A DNA stretch of 64,000 nt from an uncultured Thermomicrobia bacterium (GCA_937968015.1 CALBSO010000059.1:14075-78074), one strand, 5' to 3'. Numbered from the stretch's first letter, positions 52,306-60,762 are shown. The notes: generated by a model from the letters alone, not told the origin. Numbers and translations: made by a program.

Positions 52306-53531
52306 TGGACCTGCGTCTCTACAACACGGCATCGCGAGCGATCGAACCGTTCGCGCCCCTCGGCGAGGCGGTCGGCCTCTATGTTTGCGGCGTCACGCCG
52401 TACGACACGACGCACATGGGGCACGCCTTTACATACGTCGTCTTCGACACGCTGACGCGGGTGCTGCGGCGCGCGGGCTGGCCCGTCACCTATGTCCAGA
52501 ATGTCACCGATATTGACGACGACATCCTCAAACGCGCCCGTGAGACGGGCAAGCAGTGGGACGAACTGGGGCGGGAGCAGACGGCGCAATACGAGGCCGA
52601 TACCCGCGCCCTGAACATCGAGCCGCCGACACATTTCCTTCGCGCCACGGACGAGATTGACCAGATGATCCCGCTGATTGCGACGCTGATCGAGAAGGGG
52701 CACGCCTATGTCGCGGACGGCAATGTCTACTTCTCCGTCGCCAGCGACCCCGACTACGGCAGCCTCAGCCGTTACAGCCGCGTAGAGATGCGCGAAATCG
52801 CGGCGGAGCGCGGCGGCAATCCGGACGATCCGCGCAAGCGCGATCCGCTCGATTTCCTCCTCTGGCGGGCGGAGCAGCCGGGCGAACCGGCATGGGACTC
52901 GCCCTGGGGAGGCGGACGCCCCGGCTGGCACATCGAGTGCTCCGCGATGGCGATGCACTTCCTCGGCCCGACGGTAGATATTCACGGAGGCGGCGCGGAC
53001 CTCATCTTCCCGCATCACGAAAGCGAGATCGCCCAGTCCGAATGCGCGACGGACGTACACCCGTTCGTGCGCGTCTGGATGCACACCGCGATGGTGCGCT
53101 ACGAAGGCGAGAAGATGTCCAAGTCGCTCGGCAACATGGTCTTCGTCCGTGACGCGCTGAAGCAATACGACCCGGATGCCATCCGCCTCTCCCTCCTCAA
53201 TCACCACTATCGCGCGTCGTGGGAGTATGAGGACGGTGATCCGGCCATCTTCCTGCCACTCGTCCAGCGGGCAACGGGCGCGCTCGTGCTGCCCCCCGAC
53301 GGGCATGCACCGCTCGATACCGCGCGCTTCCTCGCCACTTTCGACCGTGCGCTGGAGAACGACCTCGATACCCCCGCCGCGATTGCCGCCTTCCAGTCGC
53401 TCGTCACGGCGATGACGGACGTGGGCCGCGCCTCCGATCAATCCCGCGCCGCGCTCCGAGCGATGGCCGAGACGCTTGGGTTGCGGCTGGGATTGACCTC
53501 ACCCCTCTATCGCTCCATTGACATATCGTGA
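52305..53531 (+). CDS. CysRS-fold cysteine ligase lacking an anticodon-binding domain, MshC-like
   Basis: CGVTPYDTTHMGHA (HIGH region), KMSKS, and the insertion AAERGGNPDDPRKRDPLDFLLWRAEQPGEPAW, which matches the MshC-type ERGGDPDRPGK...LLWR segment rather than canonical CysRS. 408 aa. TAATG overlap with the receiver gene. Confidence 0.7.
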   Translation: MDLRLYNTASRAIEPFAPLGEAVGLYVCGVTPYDTTHMGHAFTYVVFDTLTRVLRRAGWPVTYVQNVTDIDDDILKRARETGKQWDELGREQTAQYEADTRALNIEPPTHFLRATDEIDQMIPLIATLIEKGHAYVADGNVYFSVASDPDYGSLSRYSRVEMREIAAERGGNPDDPRKRDPLDFLLWRAEQPGEPAWDSPWGGGRPGWHIECSAMAMHFLGPTVDIHGGGADLIFPHHESEIAQSECATDVHPFVRVWMHTAMVRYEGEKMSKSLGNMVFVRDALKQYDPDAIRLSLLNHHYRASWEYEDGDPAIFLPLVQRATGALVLPPDGHAPLDTARFLATFDRALENDLDTPAAIAAFQSLVTAMTDVGRASDQSRAALRAMAETLGLRLGLTSPLYRSIDIS

Positions 53532-53670
53532 TCGCTCTGGCATCCTCATCATGACAAGAGAAGACGATGCGGCGTTGATTGAGACGAGTAGGCGCGGGGC
53601 GGGTTTCAGCGAGCGGCCACCCGGTGCGAGGTCGTACCCCGACCGAACCGAAAGACACCTCCCAAGCCGC

Positions 53671-53709
53671 GGACGAGTAACGAGGGGTTGCACGATCACT
53701 CGTTACTCC
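53671..53709. repeat. Heptad-type hairpin (GGACGAG TAACGAG G ... CACTCGT TACTCC) inside the T-box leader
   Basis: GAGTAACGAG pairs with CTCGTTACTC. It sits where Stem II/III of a T-box leader would be. Confidence 0.6.
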
Positions 53710-53805
53710 CACGGTCGCCCCCGTTACCGGGCCGGAATGCGTCCACGCGCACTCCAAAAGGCGGTCGCCGCAAGGTGACGGCAAATTTCGGTGGCACCAC
53801 GAGAA

Positions 53806-53843
53806 CGCGCCTCGTCCGATTCGGACGGGGCGCGCTGCGTTTT
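53806..53843 (+). terminator. Intrinsic terminator of the T-box leader
   Basis: 12-bp stem CGCGCCTCGTCC / GGACGGGGCGCG (one G:U), loop GATTC, then CTGCGTTTT. The 5' arm can alternatively pair with the T-box core (ACGAG/CTCGT). Confidence 0.6.
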
Positions 53844-53862
53844 GGTGCGCGTGGAGGTGGAC

Positions 53863-55158
53863 ATGATGGAACGCGTATTGGCGGGCGAACTCGCCCAATG
53901 TATCGGGCAGCGGGTGCGGGTCGCGGGGTGGCTCCATCAGGTGCGGGCCCTCGGTGGCGTGACGTTCGTGCTCGTGCGCGATCGGACGGGGATCGTTCAG
54001 ACCGTCTTCGACCGCAACCCGGCGGAATTGACCGGGTTGCTGGCAGAGAGCGTGGTCGCGGTGACCGGCACGGTCGTCGCGGAACCGCGCGCCGCGCTCG
54101 GCGTCGAACTGCATGATGCACAGATTGCGGTCATCACACCCGTTACCGGGGTGCTGCCATTTGAACTGAATAAGAAGGTGCTCAATCCGACGCTGGACAC
54201 CCTGCTCGATCATGCCCCAGTTGGGTTGCGCCACCCGACGAAGCAGGCGACCTTCCGGCTCGTCGCGGCGATGGGGCAGGCGCTCCGTGCGGCATTCATC
54301 GCGCGCGGCTGCACGGAAATCCACACGCCGAAACTCGTCGCGGGCGCGATCGAAGGAGGCGCGAATCTCTTTCCTGTCCAGTATTTCGACCGGCAGGCGT
54401 ACCTCGCGCAAAGCCCGCAACTCTACAAGCAGATCATGGTCGGGGTCTTCGAGCGCGTCTTCGAGATTGCGCCCGTCTTCCGCGCCGAGCCGCACGCGAC
54501 AACCCGTCATCTGAACGAGTACGTCAGCGTGGACGTGGAGATCGGCTTCATCGAAGACCACCGGACAGTGATGGCATTCCTGCAATCGTCGCTTGCAGAG
54601 GCGTTCATGTCACTCGCGGAGACGCATGCGGCGGACGTTGCACTGCTCGATGTCACGATGCCAGTAATTGGGGAAATCCCCTCCATCCATTTCCGCGACG
54701 CGCTGCAACTGATCTACGAGCGGCACGGCGAGGACGCGCGCCACGAGCCGGACCTCGCGCCGCAACACGAGCGGTGGCTGTGCGAGTGGGCGATGGAGGA
54801 ATACGGCAGCCCGCTCCTCTTCGTCACGCACTACCCGACGGTCAAGCGCCCCTTCTACACGATGCCCGACCCGGCGGAACCGGCATACACGCACGGCTTC
54901 GATCTCCTCTTTCGCGGGCTGGAGGTGACGACGGGTGGGCAGCGCATCCACCGGCCGGAGCAATTACTCGCCAGTATGGCGCGATTCGGCGTGTCGCCGG
55001 AGCCATTCGGGGGCTATCTTGAGGCATTCCGCTTCGGCATGCCACCACATGGTGGGTTCGCCATCGGGCTCGAACGGCTCGTCATGCAACTGATCGGCGC
55101 GCGCAATGTCCGCGAGACGACGCTCTTTCCGCGCGACATTCACCGATTGATGCCCTGA
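53863..55158 (+). CDS. aspS: Aspartyl-tRNA synthetase, archaeal/eukaryal-type (class IIb, about 430 aa)
   Basis: OB-fold N-terminus (VRVAGWLHQVRALGGVTFVLVRDRTG), motif 2 FRAE, motif 3 GFAIGLERL, QSPQLYKQ. GGAGGTGG upstream of ATG 53863. Confidence 0.9.
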   Translation: MMERVLAGELAQCIGQRVRVAGWLHQVRALGGVTFVLVRDRTGIVQTVFDRNPAELTGLLAESVVAVTGTVVAEPRAALGVELHDAQIAVITPVTGVLPFELNKKVLNPTLDTLLDHAPVGLRHPTKQATFRLVAAMGQALRAAFIARGCTEIHTPKLVAGAIEGGANLFPVQYFDRQAYLAQSPQLYKQIMVGVFERVFEIAPVFRAEPHATTRHLNEYVSVDVEIGFIEDHRTVMAFLQSSLAEAFMSLAETHAADVALLDVTMPVIGEIPSIHFRDALQLIYERHGEDARHEPDLAPQHERWLCEWAMEEYGSPLLFVTHYPTVKRPFYTMPDPAEPAYTHGFDLLFRGLEVTTGGQRIHRPEQLLASMARFGVSPEPFGGYLEAFRFGMPPHGGFAIGLERLVMQLIGARNVRETTLFPRDIHRLMP

Positions 55159-55197
55159 TGAATGTCGCGCTGCGGTGTAATGCCGGTCCTGACTGGC

Positions 55198-55899
55198 TTA
55201 TTCGCGCTGGATATGCAGGCCGCGATGGGTGCCGGGTTCGTGGGCTTCATGTGGCTCGTCCGGCTGTGGAACGGGCGCGGGTGGCGTTGGTGGAGTGCGA
55301 ATCTCCTTATGAACGATCCGTCCATCCGCATCAAGTGTGTAGAGATACGGCGTTGCGGTGGGGATTTCGAGGGAGACGATCCGCGCGGGCGTCAGCCCCT
55401 CGATCTCCTTGACGATCGCGCGCAGGCTGTTTCCATGCGCGACGACCAGCACATTTTCTCCCGCCGTGACGCGGGGCAGGATGTGGTCGCGGAAGAAGGG
55501 GAAGGCGCGGGCATCGGTATCGGCGAGGCTTTCGCCGCCCGGTGGCCGGATATCCCAGGAACGACGCCATGCATGGATCCGCTCCGCGCCGAAGCGTGCC
55601 GCCGCCTCATCCTTATTCATCCCCGTCAGGTCGCCGTAGTCGCGTTCATTGAGCGCGGCGTCCTTCGTGATCGGAACGTCAGCGCGATCGAGCACACTGA
55701 GGATGATCGCGAGCGTTTCCTGTGCCCGCTGGAGCATCGAAGTGAAGGCGCAATCTACCGGAATATCGTGCAGAAGGTGGCCCGCACGCGTCGCCTCTCG
55801 CTGCCCCGCGCCAGTGAGCGACACATCTGTCCAGCCCGTGAAGCGATTTTCGAGATTCCACTGCGATTGCCCGTGTCGAACGAGCGCGAGATAGGCCAT
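55198..55899 (-). CDS. gpmA: 2,3-bisphosphoglycerate-dependent phosphoglycerate mutase
   Basis: LALVRHGQSQWNLENRFTGW (RHG catalytic His), VVAHGNSLR. GGAGG precedes ATG 55899. Confidence 0.9.
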   Translation of the reverse strand: MAYLALVRHGQSQWNLENRFTGWTDVSLTGAGQREATRAGHLLHDIPVDCAFTSMLQRAQETLAIILSVLDRADVPITKDAALNERDYGDLTGMNKDEAAARFGAERIHAWRRSWDIRPPGGESLADTDARAFPFFRDHILPRVTAGENVLVVAHGNSLRAIVKEIEGLTPARIVSLEIPTATPYLYTLDADGRIVHKEIRTPPTPPAPVPQPDEPHEAHEPGTHRGLHIQRE

Positions 55900-56005
55900 C
55901 GGACCTCCGAGCAATGAGCAATGAGTAACGTGCCCCCCGCATTGACGCCGATTGCTCCCGCACATACGCTACCACCGTCACGATCGCACGGGAAACAGAT
56001 GGGAC

Positions 56006-57427
56006 ATGCAGATGCAGGCACCGGACGAGATTGCAGCACGGATGCGGCGGGTCGAGGGCGCCATTATCCCGCTCGGCACGCGCCCGTCCGAAAACGCGAC
56101 CGGCGTGTCCCTCACCGAGCGTATGGCGGTCTATTCCGTGCCCGGTATGAGCATTGCACTGATCCATAACGGTGAAGTGGCGTTCGCCCGTGGGTATGGC
56201 ACCCGTGATGCAGGCACTCGCACCGCGGACCTGGTGACGCCGGAAACGCTCTTTCAGGCCGCCTCGATCAGTAAGCCGGTGACGGTCGTCGGCGCGCTGC
56301 GCCTCGTCGAGCAGGGTATCCTCGATCTCGATGCAGATGTCAACGATTACCTCACTGCATGGAAAGTCCCACCGGGCGGCGCATGGCAGCCTCGTCTGAC
56401 CCTCCGACAACTCGCCAGTCACAGCGCGGGGCTGACGGTACACGGCTTCCCCGGCTACCCGCGCGACGCGGCCCAGCCGACATTGGTACAGGTGCTCGAT
56501 GGCCTGCCGCCCACAAACACACCGCCAATCCGCGTGGATACGGTGCCCGGCACGCAGTTTCGCTACTCGGGTGGTGGCACGAGCATCATGCAGCAACTCC
56601 TGATGGATGTGACGGGCACGCCGTTTCCCGATCTCATGCGCGCACTCGTCCTCGATCCGCTCGGCATGACGGCGAGCGGCTACCTCCAACCATTGCCGGA
56701 ATCCCGTTGGCATGAGGCCGCAACGGGGCATCGGACGGGTGGCGGTCCTGTCGCGGGGCGATGGCATGTCTACCCGGAGATGGCGGCAGCCGGCCTTTGG
56801 ACGACACCGTCCGATCTCGCGCGTCTCGCAATTGCCATCCAGCGCGCCTTCGCGGGTGAACCGGATCGCATCCTGTCTCATACAATGGCGCGTGAAGTCC
56901 TCACGCCGCAGATCGCGCGCGAAACCGGCGGGCATCTCGGCTTGGGATTCATGCTCAGCGGCTCGGAGGAGCGGCGACGATTCGGACACAGCGGTGGCAA
57001 TGAGGGATTCCGCTGCCTGCTGACAGCCTATCGCGAGGGCGGCTTCGGCGCGGTCGTGATGACGAACTCCGATGAGGGGATGCCGCTCATCGAGGAGATC
57101 TTCAATGCCATCGCGCGCGAATTCGATTGGCCGGGGTATCTTCCCGTGCGGCCTCCGCCCATTGCCGTTGCGCCCACTACACTCGACCGATACACGGGCA
57201 TCTATGCACTCCGCCCCGGCTTCTTGCTCGCCGTGACGCGCGATGGGGGCGGTTTGTCAGTTCAACCGACCGGACAATCGCCACTCATCTTCGCGCCCGA
57301 ATCGGAAACAACCTTCTTTAGCGATGTTGTTGATACGAAACTGACATTCGTCACGACCGATGCGGGTGCGGTAACGGGCGTCCGCTTCCAGCAGAATGGG
57401 CAAGAGATACTGGGCAGTAGATCATAG
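56006..57427 (+). CDS. Serine hydrolase, beta-lactamase class C / esterase family
   Basis: SxxK (ASISK), YSGGG, HSGGNEGF. Start uncertain (56006 or 55952). Confidence 0.75.
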   Translation: MQMQAPDEIAARMRRVEGAIIPLGTRPSENATGVSLTERMAVYSVPGMSIALIHNGEVAFARGYGTRDAGTRTADLVTPETLFQAASISKPVTVVGALRLVEQGILDLDADVNDYLTAWKVPPGGAWQPRLTLRQLASHSAGLTVHGFPGYPRDAAQPTLVQVLDGLPPTNTPPIRVDTVPGTQFRYSGGGTSIMQQLLMDVTGTPFPDLMRALVLDPLGMTASGYLQPLPESRWHEAATGHRTGGGPVAGRWHVYPEMAAAGLWTTPSDLARLAIAIQRAFAGEPDRILSHTMAREVLTPQIARETGGHLGLGFMLSGSEERRRFGHSGGNEGFRCLLTAYREGGFGAVVMTNSDEGMPLIEEIFNAIAREFDWPGYLPVRPPPIAVAPTTLDRYTGIYALRPGFLLAVTRDGGGLSVQPTGQSPLIFAPESETTFFSDVVDTKLTFVTTDAGAVTGVRFQQNGQEILGSRS

Positions 57428-57456
57428 GGACGCCCCTTGGGGAGAAGGCAGCAACC

Positions 57457-58614
57457 GTGACAGACAGAAACACCTACGCATCACTCCGCGCCCGGGTGCG
57501 GGAGTTCTGCAAAGATTTCCCGGACGACTACTGGCGCGAACTGGACCGCACGCGCTCCTACCCGGAAGCCTTCACGCGGGCGATGACCGAGACCGGGCTG
57601 CTCGGCGCGCTGATCCCAACGGAGTACGGCGGCCTCGGCATGTGCCTCGCCGAGGCGTCCGTGATCCTCGAAGAGGTGAACTACTCCGGTGGCAATGCGG
57701 GGCCCGCGCACGCGCAGATGTACGTGATGGGCACGCTGCTGCGGTACGGCTCGGAGGCACAGAAGCGCGCATACCTGCCGAAGATCGCGCGCGGCGAATT
57801 GCGGCTGCAAGCCTTCGGTGTGACCGAGCCGGACGCGGGTTCCGACACGACGAGCCTGACGACGACCGCCGTGCGGGATGGCGACCGCTACATCGTCAAT
57901 GGGCGGAAAATCTACATCTCCCGCGTCCAGCACTCCGATTTGATGCTGCTCCTCGCCCGCACGACGCCGCTCGATCGGGTGCAGCGGAAATCGCACGGCC
58001 TCTCTGTCTTCCTCATTGACCTGCACGATGCGCTGGCGAACGGCCTGACGGTCGCGCCGATCCCAATCATGATGAACAACGAGACGAACAAACTGACCTT
58101 CGACAATGTGCCGATCCCGGCGAGTAGCCTGATCGGCGAGGAGGGGCGCGGCTTCCGTTACATCCTCGACGGCATGAATGCCGAGCGCATCCTGATCGCC
58201 GCCGAGTGTATCGGCGATGGCCACTGGTTCGTCGAGCGTGCGACGCGACGGGCGCAGGAGCGCGCAGTCTTCGGCCGCCAGATCGGGCAAAACCAGGGCG
58301 TCCAGTTCCCGATCGCGCGAGCGCACGTCAATGTCGAGGCGGCGGACCTGATGCGCTTCCGAGCGGCGGAGAAATTCGATCGGGGCGAGCCGTGTGGCGC
58401 GGAGGCGAATATGGCGAAACTGCTGGCAGCGGACGCCTCGTGGGAGGCGGCGAACGTCGCCTTGCAAACCTACGGCGGCTACGGCTTCGCCGCCGAATAC
58501 GATATCGAGCGCAAATTCCGCGAGACGCGGCTCTACCAGGTCGCGCCGCTCTCCACAAATCTCATCCTCTCGTACGTCGCCGAGCATGTGCTCGGCTTAC
58601 CGAGGTCATACTGA
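57457..58614 (+). CDS. Acyl-CoA dehydrogenase
   Basis: FGVTEPDAGSD, YISRV, QFPIA, the catalytic region ...GGYGFAAEYDIERKFRETRLYQVAP. GTG start. Confidence 0.85.
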   Translation: MTDRNTYASLRARVREFCKDFPDDYWRELDRTRSYPEAFTRAMTETGLLGALIPTEYGGLGMCLAEASVILEEVNYSGGNAGPAHAQMYVMGTLLRYGSEAQKRAYLPKIARGELRLQAFGVTEPDAGSDTTSLTTTAVRDGDRYIVNGRKIYISRVQHSDLMLLLARTTPLDRVQRKSHGLSVFLIDLHDALANGLTVAPIPIMMNNETNKLTFDNVPIPASSLIGEEGRGFRYILDGMNAERILIAAECIGDGHWFVERATRRAQERAVFGRQIGQNQGVQFPIARAHVNVEAADLMRFRAAEKFDRGEPCGAEANMAKLLAADASWEAANVALQTYGGYGFAAEYDIERKFRETRLYQVAPLSTNLILSYVAEHVLGLPRSY

Positions 58615-59792
58615 TGCTGCCGCTGGAAGGGATCACCGTCGTCGCCTTGGAGCAGGCCGTCGCGGTGCCGTTCGCGACACGGCAACTGGCCGATCTCGGC
58701 GCGCGGGTGATCAAGATCGAGCGCGTCGGCGGGGGCGATTTCGCCCGGCAGTACGAGTCTGCCGTCCGGGGGATGAGCGCGCACTTCGTCTGGCTCAATC
58801 GCTCGAAGGAATCGCTCGCCCTCGACATGAAGCAGCCCGCAGCGCAGCGGATCGTCCACCAACTGCTCGAAACGGCGGACGTCTTCATCCAGAACTTCGC
58901 CCCCGGCGCGGCAGAACGGCTCGGCTTCGGCGCGGCATCACTGCACGAGCGCTATCCCCGCCTGATTATCTGCGACCTCTCCGGCTACGGCTCGTCCGGC
59001 CCATATCGCGACAAGAAGGCGTACGATCTGCTCGTCCAATGCGAAACGGGCGTCGTCTCCGTCACCGGCACGCCGGAGGCGCCATCGAAAGCGGGGATCG
59101 CCGTCGCGGACCTCGCGGGTGGCATGTATGCATACTCCGGCATCCTCACCGCCCTGATCCAGCGCGGGCGGACGGGCGAGGGGACGACGCTCGAAATCTC
59201 GCTCTTCGACGGACTGGCGGAGTGGATGGGCTACCCGGCATACTTCACCAAATATGGCGGTGCGCCGCCCACCCGCACCGGTGCGAGCCACGCGACGATC
59301 GCGCCGTACGGCCCCTTCACGATAGGCGATGGCGGCACCATCTTTCTCGGCATCCAGAACGAGCGCGAATGGGCGAAGTTCTGCGCCGACGTGCTCCAAC
59401 AGCCCGAAATCGCCACCGATCCGCGTTTCGCCACCGGCCCTGCCCGTGTCGCGCACCGGGCGGAATTGCATGACGTTATCAAGAGCGTCTTCGGCACACT
59501 GACGAGCGCGCACGTCGTGGCGCGACTTGAGGCGGCGGGGATCGCCAACGCGCGGCTGAATTCCGTCCAGGAATTCCTCGACCATCCGCAACTCGCATCG
59601 CGGGATCGCTGGCAGGAGGTGGCCTCTCCCGTCGGCACGCTCCACATGCTCAAGCCGCCCGTTATCATGGCAGATGTCGAACCGCGTATGGACCCAATCC
59701 CGTTCGTCGGGGAGCATACCGAGGCAATTCTGCGCGCGCTCGGCTATGATGAAACGCGCATCGCGCAGTTGCGTGCGGAACACGTCATTTAG
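58614..59792 (+). CDS. Family III CoA-transferase (CaiB/BaiF type)
   Basis: MLPLEGITVVALEQAVAVPFATRQLADLGARVIKIER, AYDLLVQCETG. Its ATG shares one nucleotide with the upstream TGA. Confidence 0.85.
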   Translation: MLPLEGITVVALEQAVAVPFATRQLADLGARVIKIERVGGGDFARQYESAVRGMSAHFVWLNRSKESLALDMKQPAAQRIVHQLLETADVFIQNFAPGAAERLGFGAASLHERYPRLIICDLSGYGSSGPYRDKKAYDLLVQCETGVVSVTGTPEAPSKAGIAVADLAGGMYAYSGILTALIQRGRTGEGTTLEISLFDGLAEWMGYPAYFTKYGGAPPTRTGASHATIAPYGPFTIGDGGTIFLGIQNEREWAKFCADVLQQPEIATDPRFATGPARVAHRAELHDVIKSVFGTLTSAHVVARLEAAGIANARLNSVQEFLDHPQLASRDRWQEVASPVGTLHMLKPPVIMADVEPRMDPIPFVGEHTEAILRALGYDETRIAQLRAEHVI

Positions 59793-59812
59793 CGGAGATT
59801 CGGAGGGTTGCA

Positions 59813-60103
59813 ATGGCGGCATATGTGATCGCACAAGTGGATATCAACGATCCCGAGCGGTACGTCGAGTACCGTAAGATGGTCCCGGCTTCAGTGGAGA
59901 CGTACGGCGGCAAATTTATCGCGCGGGGCGGCACGGCGGAAGTCCTTGAGGGCGAGAAGCAATTGCCACAGCGGTTGGTGATTATCGAGTTTGAGAGCAT
60001 GGAGCGGGCAAAAGCATGGTGGGCGTCCGAGGAATATCGCGAGGCAAAGGCATTGCGGCAGGCGACTTCCAACGGCACGTTGTTTCTGATAGATGGGACG
60101 TAG
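59813..60103 (+). CDS. DUF1330-domain protein
   Basis: 96 aa. MAAYVIAQVDINDPERYVEY...VIIEFESMERAKAWWASEEY is the typical DUF1330 pattern. Confidence 0.75.
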   Translation: MAAYVIAQVDINDPERYVEYRKMVPASVETYGGKFIARGGTAEVLEGEKQLPQRLVIIEFESMERAKAWWASEEYREAKALRQATSNGTLFLIDGT

Positions 60104-60129
60104 GGCGTAAAAGGGGGTGAGGTCGTCCG

Positions 60130-60645
60130 GTGGTAGGCAAAGAGGGTTGGCGTGGCCGGTTCTTCGAGGATTTCGCGGTCGGCGATCTCTATCAGCATCC
60201 GCTGGGGCGGACGGTGACGACGACCGATAATATCTGGTTCACGCTGCTCACGCAGAACACCGCGCCGATCCACTTCGACCACCATTACGCGGCGCAGACA
60301 GAGTTCGGTAAGCCGCTCGTGGACTCGACGTTCACGCTCGCGCTCGTCACCGGCCAGAGCGTGACGGACATTTCGCAAAATGTGATGGCGAATCTTGGCT
60401 GGGATGAGGTGCGGCTTCCCAACCCGGTCTTCGAGGGGGACACGATCTACTCTCAATCCGAGGTGCTTTCTGTGCGGGAATCGCAATCCCGCCCGAACGT
60501 CGGCATCGTGACCGTGAAGACCACCGGCTACAATCAGGATGGCACCGTCGTCATCATCTTCAACCGGACAGTGATGGTCTACAAACGCGGTATGGCCCCC
60601 GTCATCCCCCGCCTCGGCCCGCGCAACGAGGGGAACGACGATTGA
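60130..60645 (+). CDS. MaoC-like (R)-specific enoyl-CoA hydratase (itaconyl-/mesaconyl-CoA hydratase-like)
   Basis: Hot-dog fold pattern DNIWFTLLTQNTAPIHFD...FTLALVTG...GDTIYSQSEVL...GIVTVKTTGYNQDG. Confidence 0.8.
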   Translation: MVGKEGWRGRFFEDFAVGDLYQHPLGRTVTTTDNIWFTLLTQNTAPIHFDHHYAAQTEFGKPLVDSTFTLALVTGQSVTDISQNVMANLGWDEVRLPNPVFEGDTIYSQSEVLSVRESQSRPNVGIVTVKTTGYNQDGTVVIIFNRTVMVYKRGMAPVIPRLGPRNEGNDD

Positions 60646-60745
60646 ACCACATGCTGCCCAGAGGGCGCCCGACAGAGAAACACGGAGAGAAAAGAAGAGG
60701 TTACTCTTCTCCTCTTTCCTTCGGGCTCTTCGTGCCTCTGTGGTT
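60646..60745. repeat. Intergenic element with AACCACA...TGTGGTT termini carrying the shared CTGCCCAGAGGGCGCCCG box
   Basis: Box at 60654..60671 is identical to the first 18 nt of the 25-mer at 4176 and 11122. Central purine/pyrimidine hairpin GGAGAGAAAAGAAGAGG-TTAC-TCTTCTCCTCTTTCC. It starts 1 nt after the MaoC stop. Confidence 0.65.
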
Positions 60746-60762
60746 AGAAGGAGTTTCTCCCT

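Larger units (their letters stand above)
53557..53843 (+). promoter_or_regulatory. T-box riboswitch leader with a GAC (Asp) specifier upstream of aspS
   Basis: In canonical order: AGAGA 53557..53561, AGCGA 53608..53612, GGUGCGA 53623..53629, specifier GAC followed by A 53654..53657, T-box core UUCGGUGGCACCACGAG 53787..53803 (the UGGC bulge is compatible with discriminator G), then a terminator. Confidence 0.7.
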
